Assembly: GCA_051294375.1 (NCBI GenBank)
Contig: CM119269.1
Span: forward strand, 186,001-250,000
Length of the DNA stretch: 64,000 bases
From: Paraspadella gotoi
Taxonomy: Eukaryota > Animalia > Chaetognatha
Direction of reading: 5' to 3'
Each line of letters begins with the position of its first letter. Positions within the stretch are counted from its first letter, which is position 1. Positions 24,370 through 37,800 of the stretch are shown here, in pieces. A program made the position numbers and the translations under genes. The notes beneath the pieces were generated by a model. It saw only the letters and a list, made by a program, of their open reading frames with translations, searched no databases and was not told where the DNA came from.

Positions 24370-27300
24370 TGTGGAAAGCCATCTAACGCTTACTTATATT
24401 AAAAACTCTTAGTGTTTGTAGGGTTCTTGTTTTGCCTAACTCTGACAAACTCCCTCAACGCTGAAAATCAATAACGTATAACCTTTATCGATCTTTTAAC
24501 AAAATAATAAGTAGCGAATTCAGTTTAATATATACTAATCAATTCCAGCGTCGACCTAATTATATCCCCCGCCAGGTTTGAGATTAACTCATTATTTTGT
24601 TATATAAATGAATACCCGATGAGATTTAATCATTTCTCTTTCCATAACCATTAATTAATTAATAATATTAAATTAATAACTCACTGCTAACAGCTAACGT
24701 CGCTCACTGATTCATTACGTACTATAGTGCTAGATTCATCACCATGCTTCCACTTTGCACATACATGAACTCGTTCTACACTGTGCCTACGCGACCGTCT
24801 TAGAGATCAATCTAGTCACTCGGGAAGCGCAGAAACGATCACGTACTCCAGATCTGGATGGCGCATTGTCGAAAAATTATTGAAATGAAAGGAAACCTGA
24901 AGACGCAAGGTATAGACTCGATCGATGAACGCTGATGACGACCTTGGCGTTCCAACACACTCGCCAAAAAAAGCGTTACAGGCCACAAGATAAAAAAGAA
25001 GATCGCGAACACAAGGAAGGGAGAATTTAGATTATTTTTAGATTATTTAGATTTAACAAAGATATCGGAGTAAGAACAAAGCGGGTTCAGGCTAATTTAT
25101 GCTCCGCCTAGGTATCAATATGGAACATAAAGCTTAGCTTAAGTATGAGTACCACGAAAATTCTCAAAGCGTTAAACGAACAACCAACCATCAGTACAGA
25201 TAGCAATTAGTTACAAAAAAATAATTTTTATGTTTTTTAATTTCTCAGTAGGCTAGTATCTATACTATATCAGTACTATCCTATATAAATCGAAAAAATT
25301 TCAAAATAGCTTTTCTTAACTTTTGCATTGCAGATTATTGAAATTCCTTCGGCAAAAAGATTGATAAAAAAAATATAATTTATTTTTTAAAAATTTCTTC
25401 ATAAGGGATATGTGAAAATTTTATCAAAAACATAGTTTGAATAATATAAAAGTTAACTTTTCACTTTTAAATATTACAGTTACTTGAGCACTTACATGTG
25501 ACAGCTTCAATGAGACTTCTTTTACAAAAGAGTTATACGTCTTTTTATCAACTTTTTATGACGAGATCCAAAATCTGCCAAAAAATAAAAAAAACTTGTA
25601 GAAAAAAACTGTTTTTGAAGATTTAACATATTCTGGAGATTCGTAGTACTAGTCTCACAAATAGTAAGCCAACTGCGAATATTATGAAAATTTATTATAA
25701 ATATTTTCTTATATCATAATGTTCAGATTAGGTCACTTTAGTATAAATGTGTTCGTTCCCCACTTATTTAGCATAATTTTTAATAACGTTAAATTAGAAA
25801 TGTTACTACGCCTCTAGATAGGACCTTGAAATACCTTTATTTATTTGTAAATCACAATCTGTTTATCTGGATTGCGTCTTCTTCATGGGAGGCTGTGGCT
25901 GATCTTTTAGGTCAGTATTAGTGTCAAAAAAAAAAATCTATGCTCTAGTGGTGTACAAGAAGTCGTGTTCAAAGTGTACGAGCATCAACTTATCCTATAT
26001 TTTAAGTAATAGAAATTATTTGTGTTACAAATTGACTGAGAAAACCAGATATGGTGGACAAAAAATGCCACCAACCGTTCACTCACTGGGCCATGTGAGT
26101 CGCTCACTCTCATTGGGTGAGCGTCGACTTCCAGAACACAACAGCAACGAACAACACGTTTCAGGGCACATGCCTCAACCTGGGCGACTGCACTTTCCTC
26201 CTAACAACACATCAGGCGACATGTCCTCAATTGTGACACACTTCACCAACAACCATCACTGATAGAACTACAGACTTCTCGCCTCACGGAGGGGGGATGT
26301 ATTGGTGGGACTAAAATCCATCAAGAAGACCGTTCAATCGACGGGCCACTTTTGGTGCCAAAGAGGCAAGTCATTCGCTTCCCAAACCCAAAGGTCTGTG
26401 GTTTCTAGCCCGGTGGCGCCTCCTAGCAGTATTAAGTGGGCACGGGGCGCTTAATCCCACGGCCCTGTAACTCGCTGTACAGCCTGATCGAAAGCTCAGG
26501 GAGCATGCTTATCATCATGAACGTTCTACTTCAGCTTAACACATAATAATACATTTACTGCTCTTTCGACTCAGTTGTAATTGTAAATTTTTTATAAATC
26601 TTATTAATATAAATTTGTGCGCGATTATTTAACGTAATTCTCAGTTTAAAAAGCTAAACCATAATTAGCGGCGCGTTTTTTTTCTACTCAACTAATTTTA
26701 AAATCAATGAAATAACCACTGGTTTGCAAATGACAGCATATTTCTACCGGCGCTCTGTAAAAATTGTCCACATGTATATGCACATTTAAAGTTTTATACT
26801 TTCTTTAAGTTTCTAAATATTTTTTATGTGAAATTCTAAGTTTAATTTTTTTTTTTAATATGAATGAAAAAGTTCTAAAACTTTATTTGAGGCGGATAAT
26901 GTTGTTCTTATTTTTGTATTTGATTTTTGCATATTTTATTCAAACTAAATTTAAAGTTATTTACTTAAGTATAATTAGCCATGCATTAAATAAAATAAAA
27001 TTTTTAGCTAAAACTTATAAAAGTGAAAAGTTTTTCTTATCGTAAAGTAATTATCGTTCTATTTATTTGCTGTTGTTTCCTGGCTTAGTAGATCAGTCCT
27101 AAGATCCGAGGGGTTTTAATGGTATTGCCAAGTCTTAATTGTAATAATAATTGGAAAATGTTTCACTGTTTTAAAAGTCAATAGTCATTTTTAGTAAAAT
27201 TACAAACAATTTTCACATATTTTCTATCTCTATTGCTATAGCAGCTGAATTGTGTTTAGTCGACTTATTTATTTGACCCTGCAACAAAGGCTAGTCTATT

Positions 27301-27505
27301 TTATGGGTAAGTAAATTGTTGAATAAACTTAGAATAAAACCATTTTACATTATAATTATAAAAAAAAAAACTTAAAAAAAAGAGAAAGAAAAAAGAAAGA
27401 AAGAAGATGAGAAAGAAAAGAAAGAAAGAAAGAAAGAAAAAGATGAAAAAAAGCTTTTGTGGGTCAAATGCAAATGAATCTTTTGATGATGACGTCAGAA
27501 ATCGA

Positions 27506-27544
<39 letters not shown>

Positions 27545-28153
27545 TTTTTTTTTCTCTCTCTCTCTCGCCTAAATTCCATCAATCATCCATCATTACATTT
27601 TCTCAAGTCTCATCATTCACTTCTTCTGATCCGATTAATCTTTACCATATTAAGATATAAAGCATTATAAGCATATTATAGTATATAAATAGTACAGTTA
27701 TCATGCAAATGAATAAGTATAAATGCATTACATGATGCAAAATGAAAGTAAAATGTTAAAATAGTTTAGCGGAATAAAAAAAACTATCTGTAACTTTTAA
27801 ACGTCGTGGAACAGTATTGAGTTTTTGTAACAAGGTTGGAATGTTCTCAACAAGACGAAATAAGGCTTTCTTAAGTTTTCTGCAACGGTTCTGGCTTGGG
27901 ATTGAACCAAACTTCGCGGTAAAGAGTTCATATCTTTACTGAGTTAGTCTTCGGGTTTGTTTCTGGGCGATCTTAAAGTACATTTTGAAAAGTAAAATAA
28001 AATAAGAAAGAAAACTAAATTGCAGATGAAAATGAAAAATAACAAAACTGGGACAAAATAATATTTAGCACATAATAAGAAAAATCTCAAAGCCAGACAG
28101 CAAGTAGAAAAAGAGACAGAGAACAAAGTGGGAAAAAGGAGAAGAGGAGAGAT

Positions 28154-28186
<33 letters not shown>

Positions 28187-28286
28187 CCGAAATAGGAGGC
28201 ATGAAACAATCTCCATAAATGGTTTGGATTTCAAATCCTTGGAGAAACGAAACGGACGACGATGAAAGAAAGAGAGAGAAGAAGAG

Positions 28287-28323
<37 letters not shown>

Positions 28324-29400
28324 GAAGAGGGAGTGTGTCAGTTCAGGAAAGATTCAATAGGGAGACGTCCTCTTAAGACGATGATAAACGCGAGAGAGAA
28401 AAAAGAGAGAGAAAGAAAAATGGCGAATTCAAAGTGTTTTATCGCATTAGTTGATTCTAGATTTTTACATAATCATAATCCTTGTCATAATTTAACTCCA
28501 AGTGATAAGACTCTTTTTTAAAAAAATGTTGAAATTATAAGGATCGTCGATCAATGACCTTGAAAAAATCAAAAAAATGTTACGTCGACTAGCATGATTT
28601 TTATCTTTGCAGTTTGTAAAACAGGTTTAGCGCTTTAAACATAAGAAGTCTTTAAGTAGTTGATTATTTTGATAAGAAATCATTTGAGAGCAATGATTGC
28701 CGAACAAAAGTTTGAATAAAATTTAAAAAAACTTGGAAATAAAAAAAAGAAAAACATTTTATTTGAAGAACTACACCAAATTCTAAATATGCTTTTTTTG
28801 TCATCTGTTATGTCATTTACAGAAAATGTTAAATTTGTATTTGTTGCACATTTGAGGAGCAGTAATTATTTAAATGCTTTCATTATTTTAAACGGTTAGT
28901 GAAGGAATAAAAGAAGAAAAATTTTGAGAACTGTAAGAACTGTCAACTGCTTTCAGCGTTTAAGATATGAAACTTAAAAAAATAAACGATTGAAGCATAT
29001 TTAATCATTGTATTAAATTCTAACTTGTAACTTGTAAAAATTTTTACAAATGAAAGCTAAAAAATGAAAGGATAAAATATTTATAGCAATAAATTTTTTT
29101 TTATCAATCTCTCTCTGTTTTTTAGTCGGATCTGCTTTCAGCAGATCCCGACTCTATAATTCACTTTGTTGGTCTGTCGGTCTGCACCCTCAATATTATC
29201 GGGCACTCACTTATATCATGTCAGAACATCGAATTATGATAAATTATGAAAAAAAAAATGATGTCCGTCCATCTGTCCGTCCATCCGTTCGTCCGTCAGT
29301 CCGTTCGTCCATTCGTCCGTCCCACCTTACCAAAAAATACCAATTACTCGTAATTGGATAGATGAATTGGAATGAAATTTTGTGAGTGGGTAGGGAAGTG
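24370..29400. repeat. Segmental duplicate C of ~13610-18555 (very noisy 5' half)
   Basis: Colinear; contains degraded copies of exon 2 (~24790-25111), the MITE and the TRIM (~26050-26570). Confidence 0.85.
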
Positions 29401-29978
29401 CGTGATTGAGCTGTATATGAAGTTTCGATGGAATTGTCTGAGTGGAAATGAGTTTAAATGGAAAAAACAAAAAAATATATTTTACTATTTGAACACCAAA
29501 TACTCATGAATGGATGGGGCGATTGACTTGAAATTTTGTATTTGGGTAGAAAGGTGTGTGATTAAACTGGAAATCAAGTTTTGATGGAATCGTTTGAGTG
29601 GAAATGAGTTTAAATGAAAAAAAACAAAAAACCTGTTGCACTAATTGATTATGCTTCTTTTTCTTTTTATATTAAATGTAAATGCATGATGTATTATTAA
29701 ATCAAATAATTAATCAATTAATTAATCAATTAGTCAATTAATTAATCAATAATTAATTAATCAGTCAATAAATCAAGTCAATTGTTATCGACATTATTCT
29801 CATCGTCGTCATTGCTTTTATCGTGGTTAGTGACGAAAAGACCTAAAAACAAATATTTGGGATCAAATTAATTATTAATTGCCTAATTAATTAATTAACT
29901 TGAATTATTTAATTATTGAATTGAATTAATTACCGATAATGATCGTGGGCAGATCCGACATTGTTTGCTCAAACTTGT
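29124..29978 (+). mobile_element. Helentron/DINE-1-like element, family 1
   Basis: TTTT-AGTCGGATCTGC tttca GCAGATCC(C)GACT 5' palindrome; GTCC microsatellite; 3' subterminal IR GCAGATCCGAC, hairpin GTTTGctCAAAC and CTTG-TTTT. Partial copies at 18204-18555 and ending at 35110. Confidence 0.8.
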
Positions 29979-29981
29979 TTT

Positions 29982-30023
<42 letters not shown>

Positions 30024-32589
30024 GCATCTTGTACCTGCCTCGGCCTCCGAAAGGGGCGCTTCATTAAGGGGACCCAGTGATAAAAATGATATCATAAGCT
30101 TAAGGGTCTATCATCAAAGGAATTTGAATGGTGATAGTCATTAATTTTTCTTTGCACGGGAAAGTGGCAAAAAAATTCCTATCTCTTATTCTAGCGGAAA
30201 CAAAAATTTAATAATTATGAAAAAAAAATTTAGTTGACCCTACCTAAATATTTATATAATCCATTATTTTATTTTTGCATTAGAAAGTATTTTTTACTAA
30301 ATTCCAATTTTTTATTTTTTACTGTACAAAGCTATAATTTTAGGTTTAAGCGTCATTGAACAAAGGCTGTATTGGCGTTCGCGGTGCGCAACGCGGGCGT
30401 NNNNNNNNNNTTTTACCCCCCCTGTTCACTTGGTCCCCTTAAAGACTTTATGTTTTCTCATGAAAGAAAAGGGAAATATCAATCCGAGCACCTGAGACTG
30501 AGACTGACTAAGACGACGACGACGACGAAGACGACGACGACGCATAAACACAGTAAATAGTATTATCCCTTGTATTTACTACCTATGCCTACACTGATTA
30601 GCATGCAAGTGCGTATTTGCACGCTCGTGTAAACGCGAGATCAAGCACGACCAAGCACGATCAAGCACGACCAAACGCGACCAAGCACGACCAAACGCGA
30701 CCAAGCACGATCAAGAACGACCAAGCACGATCAAGCGCGTGACCAAGTAGNNNNNNNNNNAATCTCTTGCTTTCTCTTGACCTGTCCCAAGTCTACAGGG
30801 AAAATTAGCTTATTTAATTTAAATAAATGATAATTTTGATAATGGTTCATACAATCACTGAGAATAGATATGGCCTTTTATACTTAGAGAGTCTCCAACT
30901 TGTTTTTTAATTCAAGGCAGCAAATTAACAGTTCGGGTTCGTCGCGCGATCTTCAATTCTCTGTTTATAAAGATGAACAATGGTCCACCAATGAACATTA
31001 AATTATAGAAAAAATTAAATTTATGTACCTATAGGTCAGGAGCTGATGGTATTACCCAATGAGCCACCGGGTCTCGACTTAAATATCATGCTTATTGTAA
31101 TGCCCGACTACAGAAAAGAAAATAAGGGGAAAAAAAGGGAAAATAAAACTAAGAAAAAAATAAAAATAAAAAGAAAAGCATAAAGTGGTAGATAGAGAAT
31201 CAGGCAACCCGACAGCTCGACATTCCCTCGTCGAATCAGCCTAAGAAGCCGACGTCGAAAGGAAAAATGTCCTCGATTCCTTCGCGACTTGCGGACACAT
31301 TTGCCGACATATTTGCCGATGCCGATGATGACATATTTGCCGACACATTTGCCGACATATTTGCCGACACATTTGCGAGACCGCCCACGTTTTGTTGCTT
31401 CGCAACACAAAAGCGAATCATAATATTTTGAATTCGTTCCTCCTTCGTTTCACGCCTGTTCTCCTCCCCCTCTCCCTCCTTTCTCGTTCTCCTCCCCTTC
31501 TTCCTCCTTTTCTTCTCGTTCTCCTCCCCCTCTCCCTCCTTTTCTTCTCGTTCTCCTCCCCCTCGACGCATAGCACAGAGAGAGTGCTGGTGCGGCATTA
31601 TCTCGAGATTATATATTCAAGAATTACCTTCTTAAATTTTAAATATTTTTTTTTATTAAAAGAATTAATACCATCAATTAAGGCGCATTGAGAACCGAGT
31701 TTCAAACGTCTCTATCAGTTCGAGCTGATTAGATCATGTTATTCTTTAAGTAACCCATTGGCAAGGGGTAAATAAGATTAGGTCTTAACAATTGGACATA
31801 AGCAAGCGTTATCTTTTCATAAAATTAATAATTTTCTTCGTACAAAAAATACAATGTGGATGGCGCCGTTCAACACGGACAAAGCGATGGGTGGCGCCGT
31901 TGGGGTCAGGGAAAAACAATCTTCGTAACAGAACTGGACAACGCATAGACATACTGTCGGGTCTGTAAAATAGGTGAGTAAAAACGGTCGTTCTTAATAT
32001 ACCGTGCATGACATATGAAACTAGCACTGCTGTGGAAGATGCATCAGAAAGGAGGATCCAAGAAATGGAAGATGCTGCGTTTTGTGTGAATATACAACGG
32101 CACAGTGATGGTAATTTATTCTATCTCCCACCTCTGAGACGTCATGTCTGTTGAGTTATCAAGTAAAAAGATCTTTGCGATACGGTTCCTGCGGCCTTAT
32201 CGAGATTGCTTTTTAAAAGAACATCAAGTCTCGTTCCAAAATCAGCGTTGTAATAAACGGTATGTAAAGTAGTACGGATAAAAACAGAGGAACGGAAAAG
32301 ACCTGAGATCCTGTACAGGCGATAGTCCTATCGATTACGATACGGTACCAGACTTTGACTCTACAGATAAAAGAATGCTGTTGTTTTGTGCGTGGGGTGG
32401 TAGACCCGATGTTCACGGTAAACTGCGGTAGTAAATACGTGTTCATATTTTGATTAAAAATAATGTTTAATAATGAAAGAAGAAATATTGAATCGCCATT
32501 AGATTACTTACGTAAACACCGAAAGGGGTCACGGTGAAAGAAAAGCATGCGTCCCCCATTTCTGGTGGACGAAAAAAGTCAACGACGAT

Positions 32590-34240
32590 GGTTAAGACGC
32601 ACGAACACGGTTTCCGTCCATCACGTGACCATACTTGACACCATGAGAGATCGGAACACCGAGGGCTGAGAATGGGACGAACGAAGTAGCGAGTGAACGA
32701 AGACGAACAGAAGAGTCGAGCACGATGATCGACAGAAAGAGGCTAGCCAGCAACGACCCAAGGGCGGAATGGAACGACTGGGGTAGTGTGGGCGTATACC
32801 GATCACAGCGATCGGACACATAGGAGAGTTGAGAGGACGACTGAAGAGATTGGCTGAGCGACGGAACGGACTCGATGGACGGTTGAGACGAACTGAAGAT
32901 TGGCCATACGACGCACCAGGAAGCGAATTAGTTGAGGTACGAACTGAAGATTGAGCGGACGAAGCGGGAGAGAGGGAATAGACGCCGATGGAATCAGCAC
33001 GAGATTGGCGCTCGATACTAAGAAGAGGAAGAGGGAGCTGACGAGCGGACACCGAATGGACCACCCATCGCCATAGGAAGTATCGACGAAACGATTCTAT
33101 GGACCAAAATTGATTGAAACAAAAGTCAAGGCGAACAGAGCGGAGTCAAACGTGATTTAAATTTAGGAATTCACGGGTAACAACATAGAGAGCAATACTG
33201 CGTGGTGATCGCAGATGCACAACAGAGAGATAACAGAAAAGATTCGATGATGGAATTGACATAACGACACACTGCTCAGATGATGGAGCAAATAAAAACA
33301 GCTTCAAAGGATAACTAAGCCGGCCAAGTGACATAGTAATACACATAGGTATGAAGATCGACGCATTTCGTCTGGAATAAAACCAAACACTGGCTAACTG
33401 CAACGCCAAGAGAATAAAGAAGAAGGGGAATTTAAACGATGAACTTATAGGTGAGAAATTCTTTTACAGTCGGGCATTGAGCGTGAAGGATCATCTGGTA
33501 TTGGTGGTTTCACCAATTTTATTAAAAGTAAATAAATATTCAACATCAAATAAAAAAATCGACGCACTGCTCGCGCCCAAGCACGAGAGACGTGCGAAGC
33601 ATGTGGAATAAATAGGGGCATAGTGAATACGCAAAAAATAAGGAGGTATTGTAAGAAAATAGAGAGAAGAAACAGGACAAGAAGATCCTATTCCGGCGAA
33701 GAAGAGGAATTCGATGGCGAGTGACTGCAAAAGACTTCGCATCTCCGATTGAAAAAAAAAGAAAGAATTGAAGGAGAGAATAAAACTTTGAGCCCTGTGT
33801 TCTGAAGAGAGGTAAAATATAAAGGGCTTGTTGAGCATTACGGGTGAATACCAGATTGTCATAGCCAGTCGCTTCTCCTACGAAGTCAATATAATCACGA
33901 GAAACCAACGTTTATAGAACTACATGAGGAAAAACCCCACTCTCATTAAAACATTTGGAAATATATGATTAAAAAAAGAGAACCCATTGAAATGAACGTA
34001 CGAAAACTGGAAGAAAAATAAAAGTGGAGAAACTGAATGAGAGCGAAAAGTCATACAGAATATGCGTAAACAGCCTCGATGCAGAATAAGCATACGTAAT
34101 CTCACCAAACATTCCATTGTAACGTCCTAGAATAATATTCCAACGACGCCGGAATGCCGTATGGAGCTTATATTTACTGGAAGTAGACACAATTGAAATA
34201 GAAGGATGTAGGGGTGGGGTGAATAGAGGGAGAACGTACA
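32590..34240 (+). pseudogene. Degraded retroelement (Gypsy-like integrase) remnant
   Basis: Purine-rich coding-like sequence with frameshifted fragments resembling the integrase motifs 'G-N-x-x-A-E-R' (~33705) and 'A-L-R...S-P-Y-E-V...R-K-P' (33830-33910), followed by a purine tract at 34200-34233. Very noisy; no RT or LTR pair seen. Confidence 0.4.
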
Positions 34241-34899
34241 ATGTATATTGTGTTAATGTTGGTTTTTGACCAATTTAGACGCTAAGGTAAAGCACGATAG
34301 AAAAGAGTAATGCGAACAGCGACCATGCGCAGAGCTGGTGTCGAGTAGATGCTGAAGTATCGAATGGGTAGAGACAGAGGACAGCACGGTATCGTAGAAA
34401 GAAGTTCGAATGAGAAAGAGCACACCTGGCAGGGTTTCGCGCGGCTTAAAAGAGCGTTACGTCATGCATTTTTTAAGTCACAATTTTTTCGTGGCAGATG
34501 AACGGACAGCCTAGACAGTCAGCAGACAGGCAAAAAGATAAGAAAGTCCTCATAGGTCGGTGTGCGATATTCGGCTGAAACGACTGAAAGTGCAATTGGT
34601 ACGCGTGTTCTTTCTGAGTAACTGTGATTTAAGGCGACGTAAGTTTTCGAGCGGCGCGAATTCTTTTATCCTGGTCCAAGGTGTGGTCAAACTGTGACCA
34701 CGTCTCAGTCAGCTAAACAATCGGACTAAAATGATCCGTCGAAAATCAAACCGCAGCTGGCGTTCACCAGAGTGATAATCAACAGCTAGAAAATCGTTAC
34801 GACATTGCGTTCTTTCTGTGAATCTTGATAAAGCGATAAGTTTTATTGAGTTTGCGAGTGTTTCTCAAACCTTATCAAAGATGGCCAGGAAGGTGTAGT

Positions 34900-37800
34900 A
34901 GTATTCATCTCTGTCGTCATTGCTTTTTATCGTGCGTAGTGACGAAAAGACGCTAAAAATAATATTTGGGGATCAAATTAATTATTTTAATTGCCTTATA
35001 TTTATTTAATTTATTATATAACTTTGAATTATTTTAATTACTTGAATTGACATTAAACCGGATAATTAGATCGTGGGGCAGATCCGACATTGGTTGCTAC
35101 CAAACTTGTATTCTTCTTCTACTCATCGTCTCTCTCCGGTTTATTGTCTTGTCTCTCTCTCACTCTCTCGCAATCTTGTGAACTGACTGGGCATCGGACC
35201 TCCGACGAAGGGGCGCTTCATTGTAAAGGGACCCAGCAGTGATATGGGAAAATGATATCATAAGCTTAAGGTTATCATCAAAGGAATTTGAATGGTGATA
35301 GTCTTCATTTTTCTTTGCAGCGGGAAAGTGGCAAAAAAATTCCTATCTCTTATTCTAGCGAAACAAAATTAATAAAATTATGAAAAAAAAAATTTAGTTG
35401 ACACCTACCAATATGTATGATAATCCATTATTTTATTTTGCATTAGAAATGTATTTTTTACTAAATTCCAATTTTTTATTTTTTACTGTAGCAAAGCTAT
35501 AGAATTTTTAGGTTTAAGCGTCATTGAACAAGAAGGCTGTATTGGCGTTCGCGGTGCGCCAAGCCGCGGAGGAGCGTACGCCAGATAGGGGGCAGGACGG
35601 CTCACACGGTTCGAGAGAGCGAGAGACGAAGGCCAGATGATTCGACATCCGAGTCCCAAGTTTCCTGATTCGCGGAAGGAACGTCGTCAGACGACGTACG
35701 ACAAAACGATTAAATATGAAGAAAAACGAGCATCTGGTTATTTTTAACGTTCATTGAAATTTAAGAAAGTCGGAGGGGCCAGTTGCCTCACGTAATGGAA
35801 ACCGCGACGTCGAACGTTTTCACGTTGAGAGTTTAAGGTGTTGCTTTAAGGTGTTTTTAAAGGTGTTTTAACTGTTTTAAACTTTGGAACTGTTTTTATA
35901 CATGTATCGCCAAATTATTTCAATATCAATAAACATTATTTTAAAAACATCGTGTAGAATTCTCGGTCGTGTACGTCTCATAAAGTCAGAGAAAATTAGT
36001 AGGCAGCTCAAAAGTGAATAACGTGGCGTCTTAAAACTATCATCTAAACCGAAAAAGACCGGTCGGGCGGAGAATCTAAAACACGTGAAGATCAATCGGC
36101 GACTTCAAACGAAGCTCGCGCGCCGGAATTAAGGAATGATGATGCGTTGTGACTCAGAGGCCGGTTACTCGTCCGGTCCAGATATCTGTGAAAGGACCTG
36201 GTGCAGGTGAGAGATCATGGGAAACGAAAACGATGAAGCCCGGAACGAGAAGAAGTCAGCTTATCAGAGAAAAGTTCGTTGGCGACGTAACCGGCAGCTT
36301 GGCTGTGGACTCGGCGGGCCTGGTGAACTGATTCTCAAGAACCCGGCGCCACGTGCTCGGGGCATCGCCGTACGTAGATTGTACGACGGCACAAAGCAAG
36401 CAACAAAAGACGATGATCAGCGTAAGGTATAGGATTCAGGCGGCGACGAGAGACCGCCGCACAAAGGCGCGGTGCTTATCAGTTCAGCGCTTTTCCGCCG
36501 TACGGATCAGAGACAACGCAGCGCGTGTAGCCTAGTGGCGAGGAGGGCGCTGTGACGCGACGGCAGAGAGCTGTGATAATGCACATACTGTGGAACCTGG
36601 ATGGGTATCAGAGATTCGTCGAAGCGTGCCTTCCGATCCTCAGATAAGATGGTGATGGACAGGACTGATTCATAAGTCGCCAGTGGATGTGAACATCTGA
36701 ACTTTTGAAAAGAGAACGTGACAGCATATATTATTGAAATATCGAATCTAGAGGAGAATTTCCTGATGAAGATATGGGACCTGGAGTGGAAATGATTTTC
36801 CACTCTTCTCTTCTGAATCCTTGTACTCGCTGATGCAGTAAGGCGACCTAAGGTGAAGTTACCAATCCTGACAAGGAAGTTTTGAAGTGCCGCTGCAGAT
36901 GGAGGAAGAGGCTTTGAAGTGAGAGGGATGGTGGATCAGCCCGGTCTGGCTCTGGGAGTAAGTTCACATGGCTCTGACGGGAGCGTGCAGGTTTCATACG
37001 TCCTTGAAGAGAGCATTGATAGCGTAGCTTTGGCTGAAAGATAGAGCCAGATTAGAATTAGAGAATCTGCATATGTTAATTAAGAAAGAGAGGGAGGAAC
37101 GTGGCTGCAATTGGCAAAGGCCGAATATGAGGCTCAATGAAATAGAAAAAAGACGGTGAACTTATTGATAGACGCACAGAATTGGGAGAACGAAAAGGAA
37201 AGTAGCTGAGACTGGAAAGCTCAATTGATTGAGCTTGAAGCCAGAATGAAGTTAATGAATTCCTCTCCTGGAGTGCAGACCTCAACACTGTAGAAAGGAT
37301 GCTGGTCGCAGATGGCAAGTCCAAGAACCATCGTCTGTGGCCAACCAGAGGAGGGCGAGGACACCGGGTCTAATCAGCAACATCCTGTGAACAGCCGTCT
37401 GCTTCAGTGAGATTGTGATGCTGTCCAGCTGGCAACCTTCTGCTGAAGTGGGGACTACAAACCGAAATGGACATGGATTCTGGAAACACTAACAGGGTCA
37501 GAGTGTTAGCTTCATTGAAATCCTTTGGGCTGGGGTTGTGGCTCCTCAAAAGGCAAACGACTATTGAATTAGGGCTTTCTTGGTTTCAGTGAATGACGGC
37601 ATCCTGTGGCTTGCTGGAGCAGTTCAGCCTGCGGTTCCCGCAACACGTTTATGACCTATCAAGCTATGGCCTTGCTGCATATGGTTGGCGGCAGCACTCC
37701 TCCAAGGAAGCGTCCTCCTGGCAGGCTTACATGGCCAGGTATTCCAGCCGGATGTGAGCTCATTTCTGAGGAGTATTTCCTTACATGTTGAGCATGGTTC

